A DNA stretch of 64,000 bases, from contig CM022678.1 in the NCBI GenBank assembly GCA_012295275.1, positions 5,828,001 through 5,892,000 of the forward strand, in the 5' to 3' direction. Position 1 is the stretch's first letter. Each line of letters opens with the position of its first letter. The translations under genes and the position numbers were made by a program. The notes beneath the pieces are model-generated. The model made no database searches. It worked only from the letters and a program-made list of their open reading frames with translations, and was not told the origin of the DNA. Below, piece by piece: positions 39,164 through 51,684 of this stretch. This DNA comes from Chrysomallon squamiferum. Taxonomy: Eukaryota; Animalia; Mollusca.

Positions 39164-41206
39164 GAATATTATTATTATTATTCCCATAATGATATTAATA
39201 ATAGTAGTAGTAATAGTGACAGTTATGTTAGTAATAATGATGATAATAATAATAATAATAATAAAAATAATAATAATAAAAATAATAATAATAAAAACAA
39301 TAACTAAGAACTGCAACAGTAATAATAGTATGTGCATTTATACAGCAACTCATGCACCATATTTTCTGTTGTCACTTTGTACATTTATGGCAGTGAAAAA
39401 ATATTAATATTTACATTGCAAAGAAATAAAATAATATATATATATATCCCTGTGTATGGACCAGTTCACTGTTAACATACAGTTATCTAGACAGTCTTCT
39501 ATGCAGAATTGCAATAACTCGAGCAGTAAAAAGTTTTATTAATCCTAGGCTTGACAGAAGAGTTATATTTGAAGTTGGTGTTGGCAAGTTATGTTTAAAA
39601 GTTAAAATAAATTTAAAATATGTTTACCACCTACTGACTTCTGACATGATGGTATTAAGTACACTATTAAGGAACATAATAAAGGGATTTTTTTTAAAAA
39701 TTTTCAAATCTAAGTTTAGCAAGAAAACATATTTAGTGCTAAGAATGCAGGAGTTATGTGTGTATTTTTGTTTTCCATCACCAGAGGTCACTCAAAGTTA
39801 CTGGATTTTATATTTGCTGTTTAAAATGATATCTGGTTTCTGTATGATATTTTTAAGGTTTAAATTCTGACATGTATTCCATCAATCACACCCACATTGA
39901 CATACCCACACACCCACACACACCCACTTTTTTTTTTTTTTTAAGAAGAAACAAAACAATCTCTGGTATGTGTTAAGATTACGAAACAAAAAGGTAATTT
40001 TATTTCACATTTATAAAACAATTTCTGATTTTTTTTTTGTTTTTTTTTTTAATTAGGGCTACCACATACAAGATAGAGAAACAGATGTTTTAAAAACATT
40101 TTAATTTTTTCATTTTTATTTATTTATTTTATTTTAGTATTAATAATTTTATTTTATTTTATTATTTTTTTTTTTTTATTAGAATACAGCACACAAGATT
40201 GTTATACAAATGTTTTAAAAATATTTCTGGTATTTTTTTTGTTTCAAGTAATTTATGGTTTACCCCATACAAAGCAGAGGTATCAGATTTATTACAAGGA
40301 AAAAGGTTAACGTAAAGATACAAAAACAGCTGAGTTTGTACAAACAGAGTAACAGACACACAGATGGCAGGCTTTGAAATTCAAAACACTGTGAACTGAC
40401 TACTGGGTTTTTGTCCTTGTTTTAAACAAAATCATTCAACACAGTCATAACATATCTATATAGGTCATCTTTTATTATCTACGTCTTTGTCTGTTTTTGT
40501 TCTTTGTTCTGTCTGTTTTTTGTTAATTATTTTTTTAATTTTGTGTATCTGTTTGGGTAGTGGAATTTTTTTTTTTTTTATTTTTTTTATTGAGTGATTT
40601 ATTGATTGATGTATTTATTTAAATTTATTTATTTATTATTACTGTTCTTATTACTAGTATGTGTCTGTCTCTCTGTCTGTCTTTTTAAGCCAAATTACAC
40701 TCACTATGCACTCACATATGTGCTCACGAATTTGTGAAGTCATAAATAATAATAATAATAATAATAATAATAATCATGAAATTAAATTAAATTAAAATAA
40801 ATTGAACTGGAAGGTTTAAAAAGAAAGAAGAAAATGCATTTTCCAGTATGGCCGACAATTTGCAGACTTTAAAACGATTCCTTAGTAAAATGTAACCTAA
40901 ATATATTTATATAATGTACCATGCCTCGTGACTTCTATTATTTTATTTTATTTATTTATTTATTTTTGTTTTTATTTTTGCTTTTTGTGCTTGAAAACAG
41001 CTTTAGTTAGTAACATGTTATGATTCCAGTTAAAAAGCTAAAGTATGCAAAAGATAAAGAAACGATTTTCCTTCTTGATTGTGAGGTTACGTCCAGATGC
41101 AGCCAAATGGTTTCTGTACTCTTATTTTGTGTTAGCTGCCAGACTGCAAATTATTTATCTCTCCCTCATTTTTACTGTGTCTATATCTGTCTGTCTGTTG
41201 ACATGC

Positions 41207-41312
<106 letters not shown>

Positions 41313-41934
41313 ACCTTCTAAATATCATTTCTGTAATAAATACATATTTATAAAATTTGTATATTTTCATGACACTTTTTTATTTATATTAATTATAATT
41401 TAGTGCACATCAAAAATGAAGGGAAACAAAAAAAAAAAAAAAAAAAATTTAAACCCTGAGGGGTATCCACCCTACTTTTTTTTTTTTTTAAACGTAACAA
41501 ACACATATTAATAAAATAAACAATAAAAAAAAAAAAAAAAAAAACGAAACAACAAAATAAATAAATAAATAAATAAATAAAAAGAAAACAAACACACAAC
41601 AAAAAAACTCTCAGGTAACCAATGGTTACATATAACGTTACGGATGTACTGATACATTAAACACACACAAAAAAAAAAAACCCAGTTAATGACCTGGCTC
41701 AAACTGCTTCTTAATTTTCATCGCATGGTTGCGTTTTTTTCTCTTTTTTCTTTTTTTTTTTTGCATTTTGTGTACGTGTGTCTGTAAGTACCTCCATGGC
41801 TGTGTTTCTAATTACTTACATTCATAGATTAATGTCTGTCATCTGGCATGAATCCAAAATATTTCATGTTATCTCTCTGTTAGCCTTTTTTCTTCTTGTT
41901 TTTATGTCAGTTAGTGCGAGCATTTACTTGGCTG

Positions 41935-42300
41935 TTCATTCAGTGTTTAGACGTTTTGAATAACAGTTGCACTAGGGAAAAAGACATTACTATTATGATA
42001 TTACTGTTATTATTATTTTTGCTTTTGTTGTTATTATTGTTATTATTGTTGTTACTGTTGTTATTATTATTCATGTGCTAAGGAGCAAGATATTATTGTC
42101 TGGATATTCATTCAGTGTTTATTGTAGTTAGACGTTTTGAATAACAGTTGCACTAGGGAAAAAGACATTACTATTATTATATTACTGTTATTATTATTTT
42201 TGTTATTGTTGTTATTATTGTTGTTGTCGTTATTATTATTATTATTTTTGTGCTAAGGAACAAGATATTGTCTGGTTATTCATTCAGTGTTTACTGTAGT
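41935..42300. repeat. Tandem duplication of an ~180-bp unit
   Basis: ttagacgttttgaataacagttgcactagggaaaaagacattactattat... occurs twice, with a degraded third start. Confidence 0.85.
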
Positions 42301-42552
42301 TACATGTTCTAAACAAAGGTTGTGTTAACAACATTACTGTTATTTATTTCTTTTTTTCATTGTTATTGTTATTATTAGTGTTGTTAATGTTGTTGTTATT
42401 GTTATTATCATCATTTTTCTGCTAAGGAAGAAGATATTACTGTTATTATTATTTAAAAAATTTATAGTAGTGTTGTTTTTATTGTTGTTGTTATTGTTAC
42501 TATTGTTATTATCATTATTATTTTTGTTGTGTGTTATTCATATTGTTGTTAC

Positions 42553-42598
<46 letters not shown>

Positions 42599-42989
42599 TA
42601 TTATTGTTATCATCATTAGATATAGATGTAACTTTAATATATTTATTTTCTTTTCTGATCATTATCCTTATTAAAAACCTTCATTTCTTTTATTGTTATC
42701 ATTATTATTATTATTATTATTATTAATATTACTACTACTACTGCAGCTAAATATATTATCAACAGTGATATTAATGCTATTACAAATATAATAATGTGTA
42801 GTTTGGCATCAACCCAACACCTTTTGTGTTATCTCTTTAATATGTACAGTGTATAAATATTTTTATATGTCAGTCAGAATGAACAGTTACTTAGCTATTC
42901 AATCAAAGTTAAAGTACCTTAAACATATCTAACTTCATTTAAGTGCTAGGTGTGTTTTCTGTTTTCATAAAAGAAAGCAAGATATTTTA

Positions 42990-43091
<102 letters not shown>

Positions 43092-43823
43092 AGTGATATT
43101 AGTATTATGATGGTTCTTATAATTTATGATTATGATTGTTAGTTGTTGTTGTAGTTGTTGTAGTAGCCTTGTTATCATTATCATCATCATTAATTTATTT
43201 CTAGTGTACATACAACAGTCTGTTTATTTATTTGTGTTTTTGTGTTTATTTATTTATTTTGTTTGTTTTATTTATTTGTTTATTTCACATTATACTTCCA
43301 AAAAAAAAAAATATAAAATTAAAATTAAAAATTATATTTTTTATAGCATTAAACACTAAAATACACTTTCAGAAATATCAATTTTTAATTTTTTTTTTCT
43401 CATTTGATACAGTTATAACTTTTTTATATATATTTCTTCTTCTTTTTTTTTTCTTTTTCAATTTAATTTAATTTAATTTTTATTTTTATTTATTTATGTT
43501 TTTTGCTATTTTATTTCTCACTTATAAAAAATAAGATATACAATGACAAGACAAAATTTATGAAAGGTCATGTAGGTTTTTTTTTTTTTTTTTTTCCTTA
43601 AAGAATTATTACAGGATTTCATGTCTTTTTTCACAGAGGCATTGTAAATGTATCAGCAATAAAAATGTTAATGGTTTGTTCACAAGCAGAAAAAATACAA
43701 TTTAATGATTATATATAAATTTATTATGAGATCGTAACATTTAAAGCGTGTGTGAGTATGTGTGTTTGTATTTGTTTGTGATGCAGTATAATTGTGTGTG
43801 TTTGTGCCTGTATTTGTGACTGC

Positions 43824-43869
<46 letters not shown>

Positions 43870-45089
43870 GTGAGGAAAAAATCAGACAGAAACCATAGAA
43901 ACCGATACAGTCATATAACCAACGTAACGATATTAAATATCCGTTATATTACACACAGATTATATTGATACTTAGCTACGATGTACTTCAAACAGATATT
44001 TTAAGAGTTTCTTGGAAGAGTTATTTTAAATTCTTACGTGGGTGTTTGCACTTGAATTACTGCTTTTGACATCACTGCTTCACAGACACACCCTGTATTA
44101 TCCTAGACTTGCCACAGGTCAGCTAACCTGTGGGTTTTTAATTCTTCCCTTTTTATCCTTTGGTTTGAAATTTTCATTACTTGGCAAGTTTGGGTTTTTC
44201 TGACATTCCAGCTGACTGGCGTAGACTTGCTTCAAGTCAGATATGTTTTTCATATGAAAATAGCTTTTTATTAGTAGTAGTATTATTAATATTATTAGTA
44301 TTATTATTTGGTACATTTGGGTTTCTCCAGTATTCCAGCTGTTAATTAGACTTGCTCCAAGACAAATTCAATTTTTTTTTTTTTTTTCACAATCTTTTTT
44401 TTAATTATTTTAGTTTTTTTTTTTTTTTTTATTTTTTCCTTTAATTTGGATTTTGAGTGGGTTGAGATTTGATATTCTTTATTTATTCATTTACTTGTTA
44501 ATTAATTAATATATTAATCTATCTATTTTTACTCTTTTGTTCTGAAATTGTATTTGTCTAATGCATTTGATTTGGACATTAATTTACTACATGAAAAAAT
44601 AATTTGACACCTTTTATTACCAGTATAAATTCAAATGATTCAGCACATGTCAGCAGTCATTATAGACTTGCTTCAGTTCATTTAGCAATTATTTTCAACA
44701 AGATACCTAGACTGTATATATTACTGTATCAGTTTCACTATTGATTTTAACTAATTAGAATATGTTAATGGTAATTCTGATGAATGAATGTTTAACTGAC
44801 ATGTTTCAGTGTTAATGGATGTTAGATATGACTCAGACATTTTATATATGTACGTGTGTTTGTGAGTTTGTCAGCTTATAGTTTGTGAGTGTGTGAATAT
44901 ATGCGTTTGTGTATGTATATTACATTATGTATATGTGTGTTTGTGTTTGTGCAAGTATGGATGTGTGTTTATCATGTATGTATATATGTATTGTTTAATA
45001 TGTGTGTGTATGTATATATGTATGTATATAGATATGGAGAAGGATTGAGAGAGAGAGAGAGAGAGAGAGAAGATTGTTTATATCTATGA

Positions 45090-45129
<40 letters not shown>

Positions 45130-45154
45130 CTTTGTAAATCTCAGGTCATTTTAA

Positions 45155-45405
45155 GAAAGAAAAGAAAAGAATATTTTTATTTAATGAATTTCTCAATAAA
45201 TGCTTAACCTTCAGTTATACAGCATCAAAGATATTCTTAAAGACAGACAGACAATAATTTGGTGCCACAATACAATGGGTTACTTATTTGAATAATAGCA
45301 AAATATCTTCTTCTTTTTTTTATGAACCTTCTCATAGATGGAAAGACATCATGGTCTTTGATAAACTTGTTGTGGGACAGTGGTTAGAGTGGGAAAAATG
45401 CAAGA
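45155..45405. mobile_element. Possible highly degraded short interspersed repeat
   Basis: Begins with (GAAA)n followed by tttatttaa. The motif order (atgggttact...tagcaaaa...tttttatg...catggtctttgataa...cagtggttag) resembles from memory an abundant gastropod interspersed repeat. Not verified by search. Confidence 0.3.
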
Positions 45406-45524
45406 TCTTTTAAGATGTTAAGCAGTGTTAATATATTAGTGTAAAGTGAGGTTTGATGTTGGGTTTTTTGTACAAATTTTTTTAATTTAATTTTTTTAAT
45501 TTTTTTCTTCTGGTTTTTTAAAAA

Positions 45525-46175
45525 TGTATTGTATTATTTTATTTCATTTATTCTGTCTATATTTTATTGTATTGTATTGGTATTTCTGTTATGTTATGTA
45601 TATTATGTTTTGTAATGTTATGTTATATTAATGCTATGATTTTAAACACATAATTATAGATATTAAACTATATTACCACTTTTTATACATTTACATAACA
45701 CTAGATTATAATTATTACATTCCACTACATTAAAATACATTGTTATATTATATTACATTTTTATATTACATAACATTACATTACAAACATATTGTTACAT
45801 TGCATTATATAACATTATGTAAAGTTATGTTGTTACATTATTTTACATTATGTTATCTTATGAATATGATACATTATATTGTTAGGTTATCTTACATTAT
45901 TTTACATTATGTTACATTATTTTACATTATATTAAATTATGTTATTTTATGATACATTATATTGTTACATTATCTTACATTATTTTACATTATCTTACAT
46001 TAAGTTACATAATTATGTTATTTTATGATACATTATATTGTTACATTATCTTACATTATTTTACATTATCTTACATTAAGTTACATTATTTTACATTATA
46101 TTAAATTATGTTATTTTTTTTATACATTATATTGTTACATTATTTTACATTATGTTACATTACGTTACATTATTT
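45525..46175. repeat. Degenerate pentamer satellite (TTACA/TTATG) running into the exon-4 acceptor
   Basis: ttacattatgttacattattttacat... repeated over about 650 bp. Confidence 0.9.
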
Positions 46176-46180
46176 TCCAG

Positions 46181-46406
46181 GGATGGTTCAGCCTGTGTAA
46201 CAGTTTGTCTCAGGGCGTCCATGCAGCACAAAGTGAAACACTCCATACCCAACGAGAACCTCTGCGACAACAACCACAACATCCACAACCACCACAACCC
46301 ACTACATCACCTTCTGCATCATCGGCACACTCTGCACGAAGAGTGGAAATACTTCGACAGACCGAAGACTGTTAAGTGGGACGACTTTGGCTATAGAAAC
46401 AATCAG
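46181..46406 (+). CDS. PLA2G7/PAFAH2: PAF-acetylhydrolase exon 4 (RDGSAC...His-rich insert...GYRNNQ)
   Basis: Continues EHR-DGSA and ends RNNQ; AG 46179-46180, GTGAGC 46407; phase 2 to 0. Confidence 0.92.
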
Positions 46407-47225
46407 GTGAGCAAAGACGTGAAAAACAAACTGAAATATTTATACCATTCCAACTTTCTTCTGCTACCTAAACTCATGGCAATATCAAGAAATAGTCTAA
46501 ATATATTCTGCAAACTTCCAAGTTATGTTTTATTTGTTCTTGTTTGTGTTTTATTTCTATTTTAAATTAATAATGAAGTGCGAGGTTAAAGAAAATACTG
46601 TGTTTTTGACATCATGTATAGGGTAGGCCAATTATCTCTGACTTAAAGACATGAAGGAATATAAAGTTAAATAGTAGCTTGTATCACAGCAATATATATG
46701 TGTAGGCATATTTGTGTTACTGTTGTAGTAGATTAATATTATGTCCAAAGAATTTCTTCAGAATATTTGTATCAGAATGTTTAATATTTATTCCAATTTT
46801 TAAAAAATATTTTATTAATAATTATAAAATTACAGTTGTTTGTATTGTTGAGCTTATTATTATTTCAAACTTTTTTATGATTATTATTTTTTATTTTTAT
46901 TTTGTTAATAATGTGTATAATGTTTTTTTTATTAGAATGTTCATTATTTCTTATTTTTCAAAAATATTTTGTTAATGATATAATAATGTATAGTGTTTTT
47001 TGTATCAGAAAATTCATTATTATAATTTCTTATTTTAAAAAATATTTTGTTAATAATATAATAATGTATAGTGTTTTGTATCAGAATGCTCATTATTATT
47101 TCATATTTTTAAAAAATATTTTGTTAATAATATAACATTATTATACTTTGCTTTATTCAGTTTATTATTATTTCAAATACTGTTTATGATAATTTTTTAT
47201 TTTTATCATTTTTTTTTTTTAACAG

Positions 47226-47345
47226 GTCCATCAAAGAGCCAGAGAATGCAGCAAGGTCCTTGATGTTTTAACCCTGATGGCCAATGGTCAGTCCATCAGT
47301 AACAGCTACTCTTTTGGAATCAACTTTGACACTATCCAGTTTAAA
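47226..47345 (+). CDS. PLA2G7/PAFAH2: PAF-acetylhydrolase exon 5 (VHQRARECSKVLDVLTLMANGQSISNSYSFGINFDTIQFK)
   Basis: QV.QRA.EC motif; AG 47224-47225, GTAAGT 47346; phase 0 to 0. Confidence 0.93.
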
Positions 47346-47506
47346 GTAAGTCATAGATAAACTATAAAGAGTCATTTCTGTGTAGAGACAGTCTGTTTCT
47401 TTGATACATGCTTTCATCTGTGGATTTGTGTAAAAAAAACCTCATCTTTTCCTTTTTATGTGTGTTAAACATTTCAGTTTGTCTTAATTATTTGTTTTAA
47501 TTTCAG

Positions 47507-47598
47507 GACACATTGGACCTTTCCAGGGCAGCCGTTATTGGGCATTCTTTTGGTGGCGCCACCTGTGTGACAACACTGTCGAAAGACACTCGATTTCG
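47507..47598 (+). CDS. PLA2G7/PAFAH2: PAF-acetylhydrolase exon 6, catalytic Ser (AAVIGHSFGGAT)
   Basis: GxSxG nucleophile elbow GHSFG; AG 47505-47506, GT 47599; phase 0 to 2. Confidence 0.96.
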
Positions 47599-47615
47599 GT
47601 AAATTAGAGATTTAT

Positions 47616-47653
<38 letters not shown>

Positions 47654-47786
47654 CTGAATGTTTGTTTAATTTGTATATCAATGTATATAGTATGTATGTA
47701 TGTGTGTATAAATATATATTATTTGTTATGGTCGCTGTTGTTGTTGTTGTTATTTTTTATTATTTTATTATCATTGGTATCATCAC

Positions 47787-47880
<94 letters not shown>

Positions 47881-48327
47881 GTCATCATTGCCATCATTAT
47901 TGCTATAGTTGTTGTTATTATTTTTTTTTTTTTATTTTCATTAGTAACATCATTGTTGTTGTTGTTGTTGTTGGTGCTATTATTATTATCATCATTATTT
48001 ATTTATTTATTTATTTATTTATCTTTTTATTATATTTGTTTATTTATTTATTTATTTATATATTTATTTATTTATTTATTATTTATTTATTTATTTAAAT
48101 ATTTATTTATATATTTATTATTTATTTATTTATTTATTTATTTATTATTATTTATTTAAATATTTATTTATTTATTTATTATTTATTTATTTATTTATTT
48201 TTTATTATATTTGTTTATTTATTTATTTATTACTATTTATTTGTTTATTATTAATTATTTATTTATTATTTATTTATTTATCTATTTATTTATTTATTTA
48301 TTTATTATTTATTTATTTATTTTTTAG

Positions 48328-48498
48328 TGTTGGTGTTATGCTTGATGCCTGGATGCACCCAGTAGATGGTGATGTTATTGAGAAAGTCTGTCAGCCGTTG
48401 CTGATGATGAACATGGAGACGTTTCAGTGGAAGAAGAACATTGAGCAGATGAAGAGACTGGAAAGTGAAAATGTTGACCGTGTCATGATAACAGTAAA
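48328..48498 (+). CDS. PLA2G7/PAFAH2: PAF-acetylhydrolase exon 7, catalytic Asp (GVMLDAWMHP...NMETFQW...VMITV)
   Basis: LDAWM.P and N.E.FQW motifs; AG 48326-48327, GTGAGT 48499; phase 2 to 2. Confidence 0.95.
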
Positions 48499-48667
48499 GT
48501 GAGTAGTTTTGTCATTCTGTGTGTGTGTCTGTGTGTGTATGTGTGTTGTCTGTGTGTGTGTGTGTGTTATGATAACAGTAAAGTGGGCAGTTTTGTCATT
48601 CTGTGTGTGTGTTGTCTGTGTGTGTGTCATGATAACAGTAAAGTGGGTAGTTTGTCATTCTGTTTAT

Positions 48668-48706
<39 letters not shown>

Positions 48707-49121
48707 TGTGTGTGTGTGTATGAATGTGTTTATGTGTGTATGTATGTGTCTGTATATGTGTCTGCTTCTGTATGTGTGTGAAGGTGTGTGGATTGGTGAG
48801 TGGGTGTGTTTGTGTGTGTGTGTGTTTGTGTGTCTGTGTGTGTGTCTGTATGTGTGTGTGTGTGTGTTTGTGTGTGTGTGTTTTTGTGTGTGTGTGTATG
48901 AATATGTTTATGTGTGTATATGTATATATATGTGTCTGCTTCTGTATGTGTGTGAAGGTGTGTGGATTGGTGGAGTGGGTGTGTTTGTGTGTTAGTGTTT
49001 CTGTAGGTTATATTAAGTTCAGAAGATACAAAATAAAACACTAACAGTGATTAATAAAAACAACCTCACTTAGAAAATACCTACAAAAATGTTAATGGTG
49101 TAATGTTTTTTTTTTTTTCAG

Positions 49122-49270
49122 AGGAGCATGTCATCAAAGTGTCAGTGACTTCCAGTTTCTGACAAACAAGCTGATTGGTCGACTGATGGAGGTTCGACAC
49201 TCACTAGCACCAGCTAAAGCCATTGATGTTTGTGTCCGTGGAACAGTTGGGTTCCTCCGAAAACACCTGG
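49122..49270 (+). CDS. PLA2G7/PAFAH2: PAF-acetylhydrolase exon 8, catalytic His (KGACHQSVSDFQF...FLRKHL)
   Basis: G..HQ...DF.F and FL.KHL motifs; AG 49120-49121, GT 49271; phase 2 to 1. Confidence 0.95.
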
Positions 49271-49308
49271 GTACTGCTGAAATAGTCATATTTTAATTTG
49301 TATGTGTA

Positions 49309-49314
<6 letters not shown>

Positions 49315-49390
<76 letters not shown>
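49315..49390. repeat. (AG)n microsatellite
   Basis: Perfect run. Confidence 0.95.
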
Positions 49391-49392
<2 letters not shown>

Positions 49393-49897
49393 AATAACCT
49401 TTCTAATTGTTATGGTTATGTATTATGTTATATTATAATTATGTTATTCTTTTATGTATATATGTATATATATGTGTGTGTGTGTATATATATATATACT
49501 TATATTTAATTATTTATTTATTTTCAGGTGTTGATTACTAAGTTAAATAACCTTTCTAAATGTTATAGTTTGTTTGTTATAATTATGTTACTCTTTTATA
49601 TATATATATAAATACACACATATTTAATTATTTATTTTCAGGTGTTCATTACTAAGTTAAATAACCTTTCTAAATGTTATGGTTATGTTATATTATACTT
49701 ATGTTTCTCTTTTATACACAAACACACACACACACACACATATATTTAATTATTCCTTTCAGGTGTTGATTACTAAGTTAAATAACCTTTCTAAATGTTA
49801 TGGTTTATATTATAATAATGTTACTCTTTTATGCATATATATATATATATATATACACACACATATATTTAATTATTTATGTATTTTCAGGAGTTGA
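49391..49897 (+). repeat. Four ~120-bp tandem units, each ending in a copy of the exon-9 splice acceptor
   Basis: aataacctttctaa..gttat...tatttaattatt...tttcAGg(t/a)gtt with AGs at 49526, 49640, 49761 and 49889. Confidence 0.9.
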
Positions 49898-49982
49898 CAA
49901 TGCTGATATTGGCGATGGCATCCTGTCGGGAGAGAACAAATACGTAATTCGGGGAACCAATGTTGATCTAGGCGCAGTCTAG
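49891..49982 (+). CDS. PLA2G7/PAFAH2: PAF-acetylhydrolase terminal exon 9 (GVDNADIGDGILSGENKYVIRGTNVDLGAV*)
   Basis: AG 49889-49890, phase 1, TAG 49980-49982; I.GTN matches the family C-terminus. The nine exons sum to 1296 nt = 431 aa + stop. Confidence 0.88.
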
Positions 49983-50322
49983 TGATAATCTTTTCTAGAC
50001 AACCATTCAAGTCTTTCATCTCTTGGTTTGCTGCTGATCTCGTTGGACACTTCTCACAGGGTATTCAGTTGCCATTAAACAAGACATATGCAAATTTTTT
50101 AAAACTGATATATATTTACAAAAGAGAAAAAAGAGTTATGGCTATTTTTTTGTAGAATTTTGTATTTTTTTAAAAGAAAAAGTTTTATTTAATGATCTGT
50201 TGGAATAAGCAGCATTGTTATGATTATTATTATTATTATTATTATTTATGATTAATTTTATTTATTTATTTATTTATTATTATTATGATTATGATCATTA
50301 TTATTATTATTTATGATTTATT

Positions 50323-50353
<31 letters not shown>

Positions 50354-50356
50354 TTA

Positions 50357-50426
<70 letters not shown>

Positions 50427-51236
50427 TTTATTATAACAACAGTGTCCCATTTTTCAGAAATATTTTGTATTTTGCAAAATACACATATTTTTTATTGGTG
50501 TTTATATAACCTTTTGCATAGTAAATGCCTGTTTTTGCAAAAACTGTTTACAAAAATGTTAATACTGTGCAAAATATATTTGTTCGACTGCTAAAATTAA
50601 ACATTATTTTGCATAGGTTTGACTGTTTGTATCATAAATTGAAGATTTTATAAGTAGGTTATGCTATTTTGCATAATCATTTAAAAATTTGCTTAGTAAT
50701 AGACTTAATGCAAGTTACATTTGACAGAAAAGTTTATTTTGTATTTCTGATATTTTGAGTATTTTGCAAAACATTTGTAATTGTTAATAGATTATAAAGA
50801 ATTTTTTATTTCGAATGTTTTGCTTAACATGAAATTTGTTTCATACCTTATGCATAACTGAACATTTTGCAAATGTTAATTATATCTCTATCTTTTTTTT
50901 GAAACCTTTTTGCATGTCTAAAACTATTCTTGACTGAATAATTACTTTAAACATTTGTGCCTACTGATTAATTTGCAAAAATTTCTATTTTTGCATAACT
51001 GTAAATGTGATATAATGTCAGTTTGCATGATTCCAATGTTACTTAGCTAGTTGTGTAAGAAAATTAATTTCATACCATGTGGAATGTTACATTCTGAGAA
51101 AACAGTATTCATGCTTGACGTAATTCTTCATAGAGAGGAATTTATAGGTTTTCATTGTGATAATTGTATTCTCATAAATTTCTACAGAAGGCATTTTTTT
51201 CTTTACTGGCATTCTTTAATATTTATTTTTTATTGC

Positions 51237-51242
51237 AATAAA
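51237..51242 (+). promoter_or_regulatory. Candidate polyadenylation signal (AATAAA) for the PAF-AH gene
   Basis: AATAAA about 1.25 kb after the stop, followed by a T/GT-rich tract at about 51275. Weak evidence in AT-rich DNA. Confidence 0.4.
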
Positions 51243-51631
51243 ATCATTTCATATATAAATGCATGTATATGAAACTTTTTTTGTTTTGGTAAAAGATATT
51301 TATATAAATAGCCATGACATTTAAAAAAAAAAAAAAAAATTATTATTTGTTATATGTGGGTTTTTTCTTGTGTTTAATTCTTTCTTTTTAAAGTCTTTTT
51401 AATTCTTTTTTTTATTTTTATTGATATTACACACTATACTTTAGTATTTTCAGAATTATACAAGCTTGTTTAGAATCCTGGTGTAATTTTTATATCATTC
51501 TTCGTTAATAATTACCTTGTTATGATGATGGGATGATGATTGTTATTATTATTGTTATTATTATTATTACTATTGTTATTATTATTATTATTATTATTTA
51601 TTATTATTATTATTATTTATTATTATTATTA

Positions 51632-51684
<53 letters not shown>

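Noticed and set aside
44089-44133. Lone CACCCTGTA (Tc1-like TIR end) and a CCACAGG/CCTGTGG 7-bp hairpin
   Set aside because: No matching left TIR or Helitron CTRR end recognised; too short to call.
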